Assembly: GCF_902459465.1 (NCBI RefSeq)
Contig: NC_047066.1
Coordinates: 16,244,001-16,308,000, forward strand
Source of the DNA: Asterias rubens
Taxonomy: Eukaryota
Direction: 5' to 3'
Length of the DNA stretch: 64,000 bases
Of the stretch, positions 36,701 to 48,700 are shown piece after piece; position 1 is the first letter of the stretch; each line of letters starts with the position of its first letter. Under the pieces are notes generated by a model that was not told where the DNA came from, made no database searches, and was given only the letters and a program-made list of their open reading frames with translations. A program made the position numbers and the translations under genes.

Positions 36701-39700
36701 AATGTCTGCAGTTTTAATTTTGTAATAGAATTGTTTCAAATTCTAATGTGAACATCAAAAACAATAGTTTCGTTTTGGGGATTCATTATTATAACAGCTC
36801 AGTTTTGTGTCAATTATGAAAAAGTAAAGAATTATTTTGGAAACAAATTCTGAAGTACTCTACCTCACAATTTGAAAAGAAATTTTTGTTTTGTATATTT
36901 ATTTGTAAAACTTCCAATTGCCGACGTTGTGGTTGAGTGGTTTAAGAGCACTGGATTCAAGCTTTGGTGTTTCTATTATTAAGCAGAGTGTGGGTTCAAG
37001 TCCCGATCGTGACACTCGTCTCTTTGGTGTTTCTATTATTAAGCAGAGTGTGGGTTCAAGTCCTAGTCGTGACACTCGTCTCTTTGGTGTTTCTATTATT
37101 AAGCAGAGTGTGGGTTCAAGTCCCGGTCGTGACACTCGTCTCTTTGGTGTTTCTATTATTAAGCAGAGTGTGGGTTCAAGTCCCGGTCGTGACACTCGTC
37201 TCTTTGGTGTTTCTATTATTAAGCAGAGTGTGGGTTCAAGTCCTAGTCGTGACACTCGTCTCTTTGGTGTTTCTATTATTAAGCAGAGTGTGGGTTCAAG
37301 TCCCGATCGTGACACTCGTCTCTTTGGTGTTTCTATTATTAAGCAGAGTGTGGGTTCAAGTCCCGATCGTGACACTCGTCTCTTTGGTGTTTCTATTATT
37401 AAGCAGAGTGTGGGTTCAAGTCCTGGTCGTGACACTCGTCTCTTTGGTGTTTCTATTATTAAGCAGAGTGTGGGTTCAAGTCCTGGTTGTGACACTCGTC
37501 TCTTTGGTGTTTCTATTATTAAGCAGAGTGTGGGTTCAAGTCCTGGTCGTGACACTCGTCTCTTTGGTGTTTCTATTATTAAGCAGAGTATGGGTTCAAG
37601 TCCTGGTTGTGACACTCGTCTCTTTGGTGTTTCTATTATTAAGCAGAGTGTGGTTCAAGTCCTGGTCGTGACACTCGTCTCTTTGGTGTTTCTATTATTA
37701 AGCAGAGTATGGGTTCAAGTCCTGGTTGTGACACTCGTCTCTTTGGTGTTTCTATTATTAAGCAGAGTGTGGGTTCAAGTCCCGGTCATGACACTCGTCT
37801 CTTTGGTGTTTCTATTATTAAGCAGAGTGTGGGTTCAAGTCCCGGTCGTGACACTCGTCTCTTTGGTGTTTCTATTATTAAGCAGAGTGTGGGTTCAAGT
37901 CCTGGTCGTGACACTCGTCTCTTTGGTGTTTCTATTATTACGCAGAGTGTGGGTTCAAGTCCCGGTCGTGACACTCGTCTCTTTGGTGTTTCTATTATTA
38001 AGCAGAGTGTGGGTTCAAGTCCTGGTCGTGACACTCGTCTCTTTGGTGTTTCTATTATTAAGCAGAGTGTGGGTTCAAGTCCTGGTTGTGACACTCGTCT
38101 CTTTGGTGTTTCTATTATTACGCAGAGTGTGGGTTCAAGTCCCGGTCGTGACACTCGTCTCTTTGGTGTTTCTATTATTAAGCAGAGTGTGGGTTCAAGT
38201 CCTGGTCGTGACACTCGTCTCTTTGGTGTTTCTATTATTAAGCAGAGTGTGGGTTCAAGTCCTGGTCGTGACACTCGTCTCTTTGGTGTTTCTATTATTA
38301 AGCAGAGTGTGGGTTCAAGTCCCGGTCGTGACACTCGTCTCTTTGGTGTTTCTATTATTAAGCAGAGTGTGGGTTCAAGTCCCGGTCGTGACACTCGTCT
38401 CTTTGGTGTTTCTATTATTAAGCAGAGTGTGGGTTCAAGTCCTGGTCGTGACACTCGTCTCTTTGGTGTTTCTATTATTAAGCAGAGTGTGGGTTCAAGT
38501 CCTGGTCGTGACACTCGTCTCTTTGGTGTTTCTATTATTAAACAGAGTGTGGGTTCAAGTCCTAGTCGTGACACTCGTCTCTTTGGTGTTTCTATTATTA
38601 AGCAGAGTGTGGGTTCAAGTCCCGGTCGTGACACTCGTCTCTTTGGTGTTTCTATTATTAAGCAGAGTGTGGGTTCAAGTCCCGGTCATGACACTCGTCT
38701 CTTTGGTGTTTCTATTATTAAGCAGAGTGTGGTTCAAGTCCTGGTCGTGACACTCGTCTCTTTGGTGTTTCTATTATTAAGCAGAGTGTGGGTTCAAGTC
38801 CTAGTCGTGACACTCGTCTCTTTGGTGTTTCTATTATTAAGCAGAGTGTGGGTTCAAGTCCCGATCGTGACACTCGTCTCTTTGGTGTTTCTATTATTAA
38901 GCAGAGTGTGGGTTCAAGTCCTGGTCGTGACACTCGTCTCTTTGGTGTTTCTATTATTAAGCAGAGTGTGGGTTCAAGTCCTGGTCGTGACACTCGTCTC
39001 TTTGGTGTTTCTATTATTAAGCAGAGTGTGGGTTCAAGTCCTGGTCGTGACACTCGTCTCTTTGGTGTTTCTATTATTAAGCAGAGTGTGGGTTCAAGTC
39101 CTGGTCGTGACACTCGTCTCTTTGGTGTTTCTATTATTAAGCAGAGTGTGGGTTCAAGTCCTGGTCGTGACATTCGTCTCTTTGGTGTTTCTATTATTAA
39201 GCAGAGTGTGGGTTCAAGTCCTGGTCGTGACATTCGTCTCTTTGGTGTTTCTATTATTAAGCAGAGTGTGGGTTCAAGTCCTGGTCGTGACATTCGTCTC
39301 TTTGGTGTTTCTATTATTAAGCAGAGTGTGGTTCAAGTCCTGGTCGTGACACTCGTCTCTTTGGTGTTTCTATTATTAAGCAGAGTGTGGTTCAAGTCCC
39401 GGTCGTGACACTCGTCTCTTTGGTGTTTCTATTATTAAACAGAGTGTGGGTTCAAGTCCTAGTCGTGACACTCATCTCTTTGGTGTTTCTATTATTAAAC
39501 AGAGTGTGGTTCAAGTCCTGGTCGTGACACTCATCTCTTTGGTGTTTCTATTATTAAACAGAGTGTGGTTCAAGTCCTAGTCGTGACACTCGTCTCTTTG
39601 GTGTTTCTATTATTAAGCAGAGTGTGGGTTCAAGTCCCGGTCGTGACACTCGTCTCTTTGGTGTTTCTATTATTAAGCAGAGTGTGGGTTCAAGTCCCGG

Positions 39701-42700
39701 TCGTGACACTCGTCTCTTTGGTGTTTCTATTATTAAGCAGAGTGTGGGTTCAAGTCCCGGTCGTGACACTCGTCTCTTTGGTGTTTCTATTATTAAGCAG
39801 AGTGTGGGTTCAAGTCCCGGTCGTGACACTCGTCTCTTTGGTGTTTCTATTATTAAGCAGAGTGTGGGTTCAAGTCCTAGTCGTGACACTCGTCTCTTTG
39901 GTGTTTCTATTATTAAGCAGAGTGTGGGTTCAAGTCCTGGTCGTGACATTCGTCTCTTTGGTGTTTCTATTATTAAGCAGAGTGTGGGTTCAAGTCCTGG
40001 TCGTGACATTCGTCTCTTTGGTGTTTCTATTATTAAGCAGAGTGTGGGTTCAAGTCCTGGTCGTGACATTCGTCTCTTTGGTGTTTCTATTATTAAGCAG
40101 AGTGTGGGTCAAGTCCTGGTCGTGACACTCGTCTCTTTGGTGTTTCTATTATTGAGCAGAGTGTGGTTCAAGTCCCGGTCGTGACACTCGTCTCTTTGGT
40201 GTTTCTATTATTAAACAGAGTGTGGGTTCAAGTCCTAGTCGTGACACTCATCTCTTTGGTGTTTCTATTATTAAACAGAGTGTGGTTCAAGTCCTGGTCG
40301 TGACACTCATCTCTTTGGTGTTTCTATTATTAAACAGAGTGTGGTTCAAGTCCTAGTCGTGACACTCGTCTCTTTGGTGTTTCTATTATTAAGCAGAGTG
40401 TGGGTTCAAGTCCCGGTCGTGACACTCGTCTCTTTGGTGTTTCTATTATTAAGCAGAGTGTGGGTTCAAGTCCCGGTCGTGACACTCGTCTCTTTGGTGT
40501 TTCTATTATTAAGCAGAGTGTGGGTTCAAGTCCCGGTCGTGACACTCGTCTCTTTGGTGTTTCTATTATTAAGCAGAGTGTGGGTTCAAGTCCCGGTCGT
40601 GACACTCGTCTCTTTGGTGTTTCTATTATTAAGCAGAGTGTGGGTTCAAGTCCTGGTCGTGACACTCGTCTCTTTGGTGTTTCTATTATTAAACAGAGTG
40701 TGGGTTCAAGTCCTGGTTGTGACACTCGTCTCTTTGGTGTTTCTATTATTAAACAGAGTGTGGTTTAAGTCCTGGTCGTGACATTCGTCTCTTTGGTGTT
40801 TCTATTATTAAGCAGAGTGTGGTTTAAGTCCTGGTCGTGACATTCGTCTCTTTGGTGTTTCTATTATTAAGCAGAGTGTGGGTTCAAGTCCTGGTCGTGA
40901 CACTCGTCTCTTTGGTGTTTCTATTATTAAGCAGAGTGTGGGTTCAAGTTCCGGTCGTGACACTCGTCTCTTTGGTGTTTCTATTATTAAGCAGAGTGTA
41001 GGTTCAAGTCCTGGTTGTGACACTCGTCTCTTTGGTGTTTCTATTATTAAGCAGAGTGTGGGTTCAAGTCCTGGTCGTGACACTCGTCTCTTTGGTGTTT
41101 TGTATTAAGCAGAGTGTGGGTTAAAGTCCTGGTCGTGACACTCGTCTCTTTGGTGTTTCTATTATTAAGCAGAGTGTGGGTTCAAGTCCCGGTCATGACA
41201 CTCGTCTCTTTGGTGTTTCTATTATTAAGCAGAGTGTGGGTTCAAGTCCTGGTCGTGACACTCGTCTCTTTGGTGTTTCTATTATTAAGCAGAGTGTGGG
41301 TTCAAGTCCTGGTCGTGACACTCGTCTCTTTGGTGTTTCTATTATTAAGCAGAGTGTGGGTTCAAGTCCTGGTCGTGATACTCGTCTCTTTGGTGTTTCT
41401 ATTATTAAGCAGAGTGTGGGTTCAAGTCCCGGTCGTGACACTCGTCTCTTTGGTATTTCTATTATTAAGCAGAGTGTGGGTTCAAGTCCCGGTCGTGACA
41501 CTCGTCTCTTTGGTGTTTCTATTATTAAGCAGAGTGTGGGTTCAAGTCCCGGTCGTGACACTCGTCTCTTTGGTGTTTCTATTATTAAGCAGAGTGTGGG
41601 TTCAAGTCCTGGTCGTGACACTCGTCTCTTTGGTGTTTCTATTATTAAGCAGAGTGTGGGTTCAAGTCCTGGTCGTGACACTCGTCTCTTTGGTGTTTCT
41701 ATTATTAAGCAGAGTGTGGGTTCAAGTCCTGGTCGTGACACTCGTCTCTTTGGTATTTCTATTATTAAGCAGAGTGTGGGTTCAAGTCCTGGTCGTGATA
41801 CTCGTCTCTTTGGTGTTTCTATTATTAAGCAGAGTGTGGGTTCAAGTCCCGGTCGTGACACTCGTCTCTTTGGTATTTCTATTATTAAGCAGAGTGTGGG
41901 TTCAAGTCCCGGTCGTGACACTCGTCTCTTTGGTGTTTCTATTATTAAGCAGAGTGTGGGTTCAAGTCCCGGTCGTGACACTCGTCTCTTTGGTATTTCT
42001 ATTATTAAGCAGAGTGTGGGTTCAAGTCCCGGTCATGACACTCGTCTCTTTGGTGTTTCTATTATTAAGCAGAGTGTGGGTTCAAGTCCTGGTCGTGACA
42101 CTCGTCTCTTTGGTGTTTCTATTATTAAGCAGAGTGTGGGTTCAAGTCCCGGTCGTGACACTCGTCTCTTTGGTGTTTCTATTATTAAGCAGAGTGTGGG
42201 TTCAAGTCCCGGTCATGACACTCGTCTCTTTGGTGTTTCTATTATTAAGCAGAGTGTGGGTTCAAGTCCTGGTCGTGATACTCGTCTCTTTGGTGTTTCT
42301 ATTATTAAGCAGAGTGTGGGTTCAAGTCCCGGTCGTGACACTCGTCTCTTTGGTGTTTCTATTATTAAGCAGAGTGTGGGTTCAAGTCCCGGTCATGACA
42401 CTCGTCTCTTTGGTGTTTCTATTATTAAGCAGAGTGTGGGTTCAAGTCCTGGTCGTGATACTCGTCTCTTTGGTGTTTCTATTATTAAGCAGAGTGTGGG
42501 TTCAAGTCCCGGTCGTGACACTAGTCTCTTTGGTGTTTCTATTATTAAGCAGAGTGTGGGTTCAAGTCCCGGTCGTGACACTCGTCTCTTTGGTGTTTCT
42601 ATTATTAAGCAGAGTGTGGGTTCAAGTCCCGGTCGTGACACTCGTCTCTTTGGTGTTTCTATTATTAAGTAGAGTGTGGGTTCAAGTCCCGGTCGTGACA

Positions 42701-45700
42701 CTCGTCTCTTTGGTGTTTCTATTATTAAGCAGAGTGTGGGTTCAAGTCCCGGTCGTGACACTCGTCTCTTTGGTGTTTCTATTATTAAGCAGAGTGTGGG
42801 TTCAAGTCCCGGTCGTGACACTCGTCTCTTTGGTGTTTCTATTATTAAGCAGAGTGTGGGTTCAAGTCCCGGTCATGACACTCGTCTCTTTGGTGTTTCT
42901 ATTATTAAGCAGAGTGTGGTTCAAGTCCCGGTCGTGACACTCGTCTCTTTGGTGTTTCTATTATTAAGCAGAGTGTGGTTCAAGTCCCGGTCGTGACACT
43001 CGTCTCTTTGGTGTTTCTATTATTAAGCAGAGTGTGGGTTCAAGTCCTGGTCGTGACACTCGTCTCTTTGGTGTTTCTATTATTAAGCAGAGTGTGGTTC
43101 AAGTCCCGGTTGTGACACTCGTCTCTTTGGTGTTTCTATTATTAAGCAGAGTGTGGTTCAAGTCCCGGTCGTGACACTCGTCTCTTTGGTGTTTCTATTA
43201 TTAAGCAGAGTGTGGGTTCAAGTCCTGGTCGTGATACTCGTCTCTTTGGTGTTTCTATTATTAAGCAGAGTGTGGTTCAAGTCCCGGTCGTGACACTCGT
43301 CTCTTTGAATCAGAAACTTTACCATAATTGCTTTGTCCTTCAGATGGGAAATAAGGCCATAGGTCCCCTGTACTAGGACACTTAAAAGGACACATAATAT
43401 TTATCATGCAAGACTAGGGGTTAACGTTGGTGTTTCTTGTTCACATACCAAACACTCTTGGTTTCATTACCAGAAAAAAACAAATACTAACAATTGTTTC
43501 TGCCTTCTTGTTGTATTCTTAGGTCCCTTTGCAGAGTGCAATATTCATCTAGACCCCAATATATATTATGATGCATGTGTCTACGATGCATGTGCCACAC
43601 TGCCAGACCTTGATGTTATCTGCGATGACATCAGCATTTATGCTGAAACCTGCACTAAATATGGCTTCCCACCCTCACCTTGGAGGAAAGAAGATTTCTG
43701 CCGTAAGTTCCAACTTCTTAACTTTGTTTTTTGTTCCTCTTCTTTGGTTGTTTGAAGTATTTGACAGCCTTTAGCACCATTTCCAGAGTACCACCATAAT
43801 TGATTCTGAATTTTTACTGATTGAGAATCAATTATGTGATGCGATACAAAAGACTCATGAAAATGGCTCGGGGAAACATGGGTGATGAACCCCACAGGAA
43901 AAATTAGAGTGATCAGGCCCATCGATGGTCATTTCAAGCACCTTGTACAGTGTTAGAAATAGCCCTGGGGTGGATTTCACAAAGAGTTAGGACTAGTCTT
44001 ATCTCGACTTAGGACCAGTTTATACTTGTCCTAACTTAGGACTATCCATGCAATGTGTATATCTCCTAGGACTAGTCCTAAGTTAGGACTAGTCCTAACT
44101 CTTTGTGAAATCGAACCCTGGGTATTAGGTTGTTCGAGGTAATCATGCTGGTAGTAGTAGGTAAGTTAATATGTGTTTTCTTGTGGGGGAGCAGTGGAGA
44201 AATATTTTTGGCCAACGACCTGTTCAGTGCAACATTTGTATAAAGGGTTGGGTTATTTGTTAACATCACAATTATACAACTGAATTAAATTTTCAATAAA
44301 CACAATTAAGCAGAGAGTTTTTACACACAAAAGCCAAGTCTCTTTCTTCATGTACACCCACAATGTCCTCTACAAAAACAATTGTAATTGTTTTGCATTA
44401 TGATTTGTTTTGAGTGGTATGTATTGATGTCTACAAGGGAGAAGTGGTGGGTCTGAAAAGAGCTGGCTAATGGTTCTCCAGGTCAATTGTGTGGAAAAGT
44501 TAATAGAGAAAGAATTATGAATCTGACAAATGTAATATCAGGTCCTTTACCTGCATATATGGCTAAACATTATTAATTTTTTTAGATTTGTTCATATTGG
44601 ATTTTCAATAGTTTTTTTCCCAGTGATATACCAGGTAACCGGAACAATCACTCCTTATGTGATAACAAATCTGTGTGTGTCTCGGGTAGTTATGAACATT
44701 GATCCTTTTATTCCTTTGACTCCAATCCTTCTAATTTGTTGCCACTTTCAGCACTCCGATGTTCCGGTGGTCAAATCTACTCACCGTGCTCTCCGGTGTG
44801 CCCAGAAACATGCGCCAGTCGTGACGAAGAGGGCTCGGCAAGATGTGATTCCTGCCAGGAAGGCTGTGTGTGCCCACCTGGATTCAAACTCGATGATCGG
44901 GAGTGTGTTCCTTCCAGTCAGTGCGGCTGCACGGATCAAGGCTATTATTACTCGGTATGTACTATTCCAGGCTTAGGGTCATTATTAAGCCTCTATTCAG
45001 TCTGCCGATAGTGATTAACCCAGGCTAGCTAGTCAAACAATGAGATCAATAATCTCTTACTCCATGGCAGTGAAGATTAGGAGAAGTTCCCTCGATCATC
45101 AAGGTGGCAGTAGAAATCCCTTGAATTTGTCATGCCTACCTTGCTAGAGCTACATGTACTGTAGCTATAGAAGTTCCCTCGAGCATCAAGGTGGCAGTAG
45201 AAATCCCTTGAATTTGTCATGCCTACCCTGCTAGAGCTACTGTAGCTATAGAAGTTCCCTCGATCATCAAGGTGGCAGTAGAAATCCCTTGAATTTGTCA
45301 TGCCTACCTTGCTAGAGCTACTGTAGCTATAGAAGTTCCCTCGAGCATCAAGGTGGCAGTAGAAATCCCTTGAATTTGTCATGCCTACCCTGCTAGAGCT
45401 ACTGTAGCTATAGAAGTTCCCTCGATCATCAAGGTGGCAGTAGAAATCCCTTGAATTTGTCATGCCTACCTTGCTAGAGCTACTGTAGCTATAGAAGTTC
45501 CCTCGAGCATCAAGGTGGCAGTAGAAATCCCTTGAATTTGTCATGCCTACCCTGCTAGAGCTACTGTAGCTATAGAAGTTCCCTCGAGCATCAAGGTGGC
45601 AGTAGAAATCCCTTGAATTTGTCATGCCTACCCTGCTAGAGCTACTGTAGCTATTATGCATTAGGACAAGTTTTTGGTATCGCAACCTAATTAGTCTCCC

Positions 45701-48700
45701 AATTATTTACACGCCTGCTACAGTAGTTTAAAATTAACCTGACCAGTTCTTGCAGAACAAGCTACACAGCTTCAGTAGAGCTTATCCCAGTGTCGCAAAC
45801 CAAATATACTCGGTTGAATTACTTCACCAATTTACTTTACCTACTAAAGATGTCTCAATAGTACTGGAATTAACTTGACAATCCTTTAGCTTTTTAGGAT
45901 AAAACTTGTTCTTAGAGTTTGTATTTCTTTTTGTTGTAACTGCTAATCTGGAACTTTAAGAGAATATCCTTGCTTTTGATATACAGAATATCAACCATAG
46001 ACTTTTTTCTTTTGTAAAACCAAAGAATTAACTAAACTAATTGAAAAATTCAGATCAATGACATCTCACTAGTAACTTATATTTAACCTATAAACATGGT
46101 CTAATGAACTGTTATTAAAGTTACACCCGCATGACCTGATCAGACCGTTTAGTCTACAGTTAAGTTAATCCATAGTTAACCCAACATAATTGTCACAGTA
46201 AACCTTGTGGTTTATGTCTTGATTGTCACAGCCGGAACATTGATTTAGTTTATTTATTACATCTGTTTCTGTGACAATTCCATTTTAAGAGGAACAAAAC
46301 ATCTTTATTGCATTTATGTTTTTAGTTCTTTTATTGAATGTTTCAAATTCCTTTTTTTGTTTCTTTGGTTTGAACTCAGATTGGAGATGAATGGGTTCGT
46401 GAAAACTGCACAGACGAGTGTATTTGCACAGAGTCACAGACAGTCCAATGTCAACCACTAGGATGTCATGAATATGCATCATGCGGCATTGTAGACCAAC
46501 ATCGTATGTGCATATGCAATGAGGGTTACCTCGGCAATGGCATCAACTGCACACAAATCAGAGGACCAACCACAGGTGAGATCCAAATCTCTTCATTCAC
46601 AAGTTTATTAATCACGTCAACCTTTAACCGCAATACTAAATGAAAAGAAAATCCGCCACTCAACAGTTCTACAGGTTTTTAACCAGCCAATCAGAGACAT
46701 CCACATATTTCAATCTCTATGAAACGCTTTGATTGATTGGTCTATAGCTTTATAATACAAGTCAGGTCAGATGATCTGGAAGTGACAAGGTCAAACAGCG
46801 GGGAACATTCATCAAGTTATTGCCTACCCATCCATTAAGTGGATATCTAAAGAACCCCAACTGTGGTTAAACCATTACCCAGAGGTCGATTGGTTTCAAC
46901 ATCATTTCACCCTTTTGTAAACGTCAGTCGATCGCGATGACAACCAAAGGAAACAATGGAGCTTTCATCTTTGCACTTCTTTAAATAGAATAAAAAAAAA
47001 CTCAAGTTAAGTGAAAGTATGGTATCCAAGGTCAGGCGAGATATCTCTTGTGAAATACCCATGCAGAAATGAAAGTAGAATTTTATTTAAAGAATTCTTA
47101 AGTTTAATAGACATTAATTTGTTGATGGTGTAGTCCTAACACATCTGCTCTAGCAATGCAAAGGTCGTGAAGTTCGGATCCCACCCAAGGGATTTGCCTA
47201 TGGATGTTTAAAAATAATGATAATAATATGAATATTTATAAAGCGCTGGTATCCATCACACAAGATGCTCATGGTGCGCAAACCTGAAATTTAATAGAAA
47301 GAGAAAAGTATAATACATACAAAGCTACTACGAAAACCAAATATAAACCAAATATAGAACAAAAACTTTATGGGTGAACAACCATGTTTTGAGAGTTTCC
47401 TTAAAACTAGTCTGGTCCCCTGACCAAAGATTCCTTGTTAAAAATCTTAGGTCAGGTATCACCCACGGTTAAAAATTGAGCATGACGCAACTTGCCAGGG
47501 TCGGGGGTCATCTCCAGGGAAACCATGTCTGCACGTACTACTAGTTGCGATAACGTAACCCTCCTCCCAACGGCCGCCAGGCCGGAGGGTTACGAGATTA
47601 TTTTGATCGTCAATTAATGACAATCTGGTTCAACACGAATAATTTTGACAGCTAGTCACAAGATTTGCCCCATTTTTACCACTTTTAAAAATCATGAAAC
47701 TTAATCCTCAATCAATGTCTAATGAACACTCAAGTCAAAACACCTCTGAAAAAATATTTTTGAAGAAAAAGGACAAAAACTTACCAGATCCCGGAGCGAT
47801 TTCCCAGGTTTATATATTTTGAACTTGTCGCATCGCCATACCGAACATCAACGATACTGTCCGAATGTTGACAACAATACGTTCGGAACATTTTGGATAA
47901 CTTTGAAAAAGGAGGAATTCCTCCTTTTTGGTCACGTGATTTTGGGTGATACCGGACCCTAAATTCGACAGAGCCTAGTCAGAGATTTTTGGGTCTGGGA
48001 ACCAGACTACCTTAAAACTACTCAAAGAAGATATGTTGCAAATGTTTTGAGGAGGTTTATTTCAAAGAAGAGGACCAGCATTAGAGAAAGATCGATCCCC
48101 CAGGTATTGTGAGTGAGAGAGACAACAAACAAACAAGCAAGGACAAATCGGAAGATCTAAGGCTTATACTTGGTCATTAGAGAATCATTATATTTAGGGG
48201 CAAAACCTTGTAATGAACGAAAAACAAGTAAGAGCAACTTAAAAATAATATGGTACAGAACAGGAAGCCAGTGAAGGGAATTAAGAATAGGAGTGATGTG
48301 TTGTCTTTTCCACATAACTCGGGAAACTGCTGGGTATACAGTCATTAATATACATTGGTGTAAGGGTCAAAAAGAAAATCCATTCTTAAATGTATGCCTT
48401 AAAAGAAATAGAACACTGACACTTTTGGCTAAGTTTGTTCTCAACAAGTCTGTATAGACGATGTGACCTGTGACATCACATGTTTATAAAAGAGCCACCA
48501 AGCCTGGACTTCCTGCAGGTACGATTTGTACACAGCCTACTGGAAGAAAACATCAAATCTTATATTTTATGGAGATTGCACTGTCTAATTCTTATCAACT
48601 TTTGGATTGATGTGGAAATTATGACACAAAGTGTCAACTTTCCCATATGACCAGTGCAGTATCTTGCCTGCCAGACTAGCTCTTTCTTCATGTACGAATG

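Noticed and set aside
36920-37030. Possible tRNA gene (also 55262-55330)
   Set aside because: A- and B-box-like motifs are present, but there is no convincing acceptor stem and each runs into SINE body sequence.
36899-42996. Long ORFs of up to 610 aa ([12 protein letters not shown]..., [20 protein letters not shown]..., [20 protein letters not shown]...)
   Set aside because: These are by-products of a 60-bp monomer that is stop-free in several frames. They switch frame at 1-bp deletions and lie in an intron between two in-phase exons.
36967-43307. CRISPR-like appearance of the regular array
   Set aside because: Monomers are head-to-tail with no unique spacers, there are no cas genes, and the context is a eukaryotic intron.
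45077-45685. 202-aa repetitive ORF ([24 protein letters not shown])
   Set aside because: It is a translation of the 81-bp minisatellite, with no splice or homology support.
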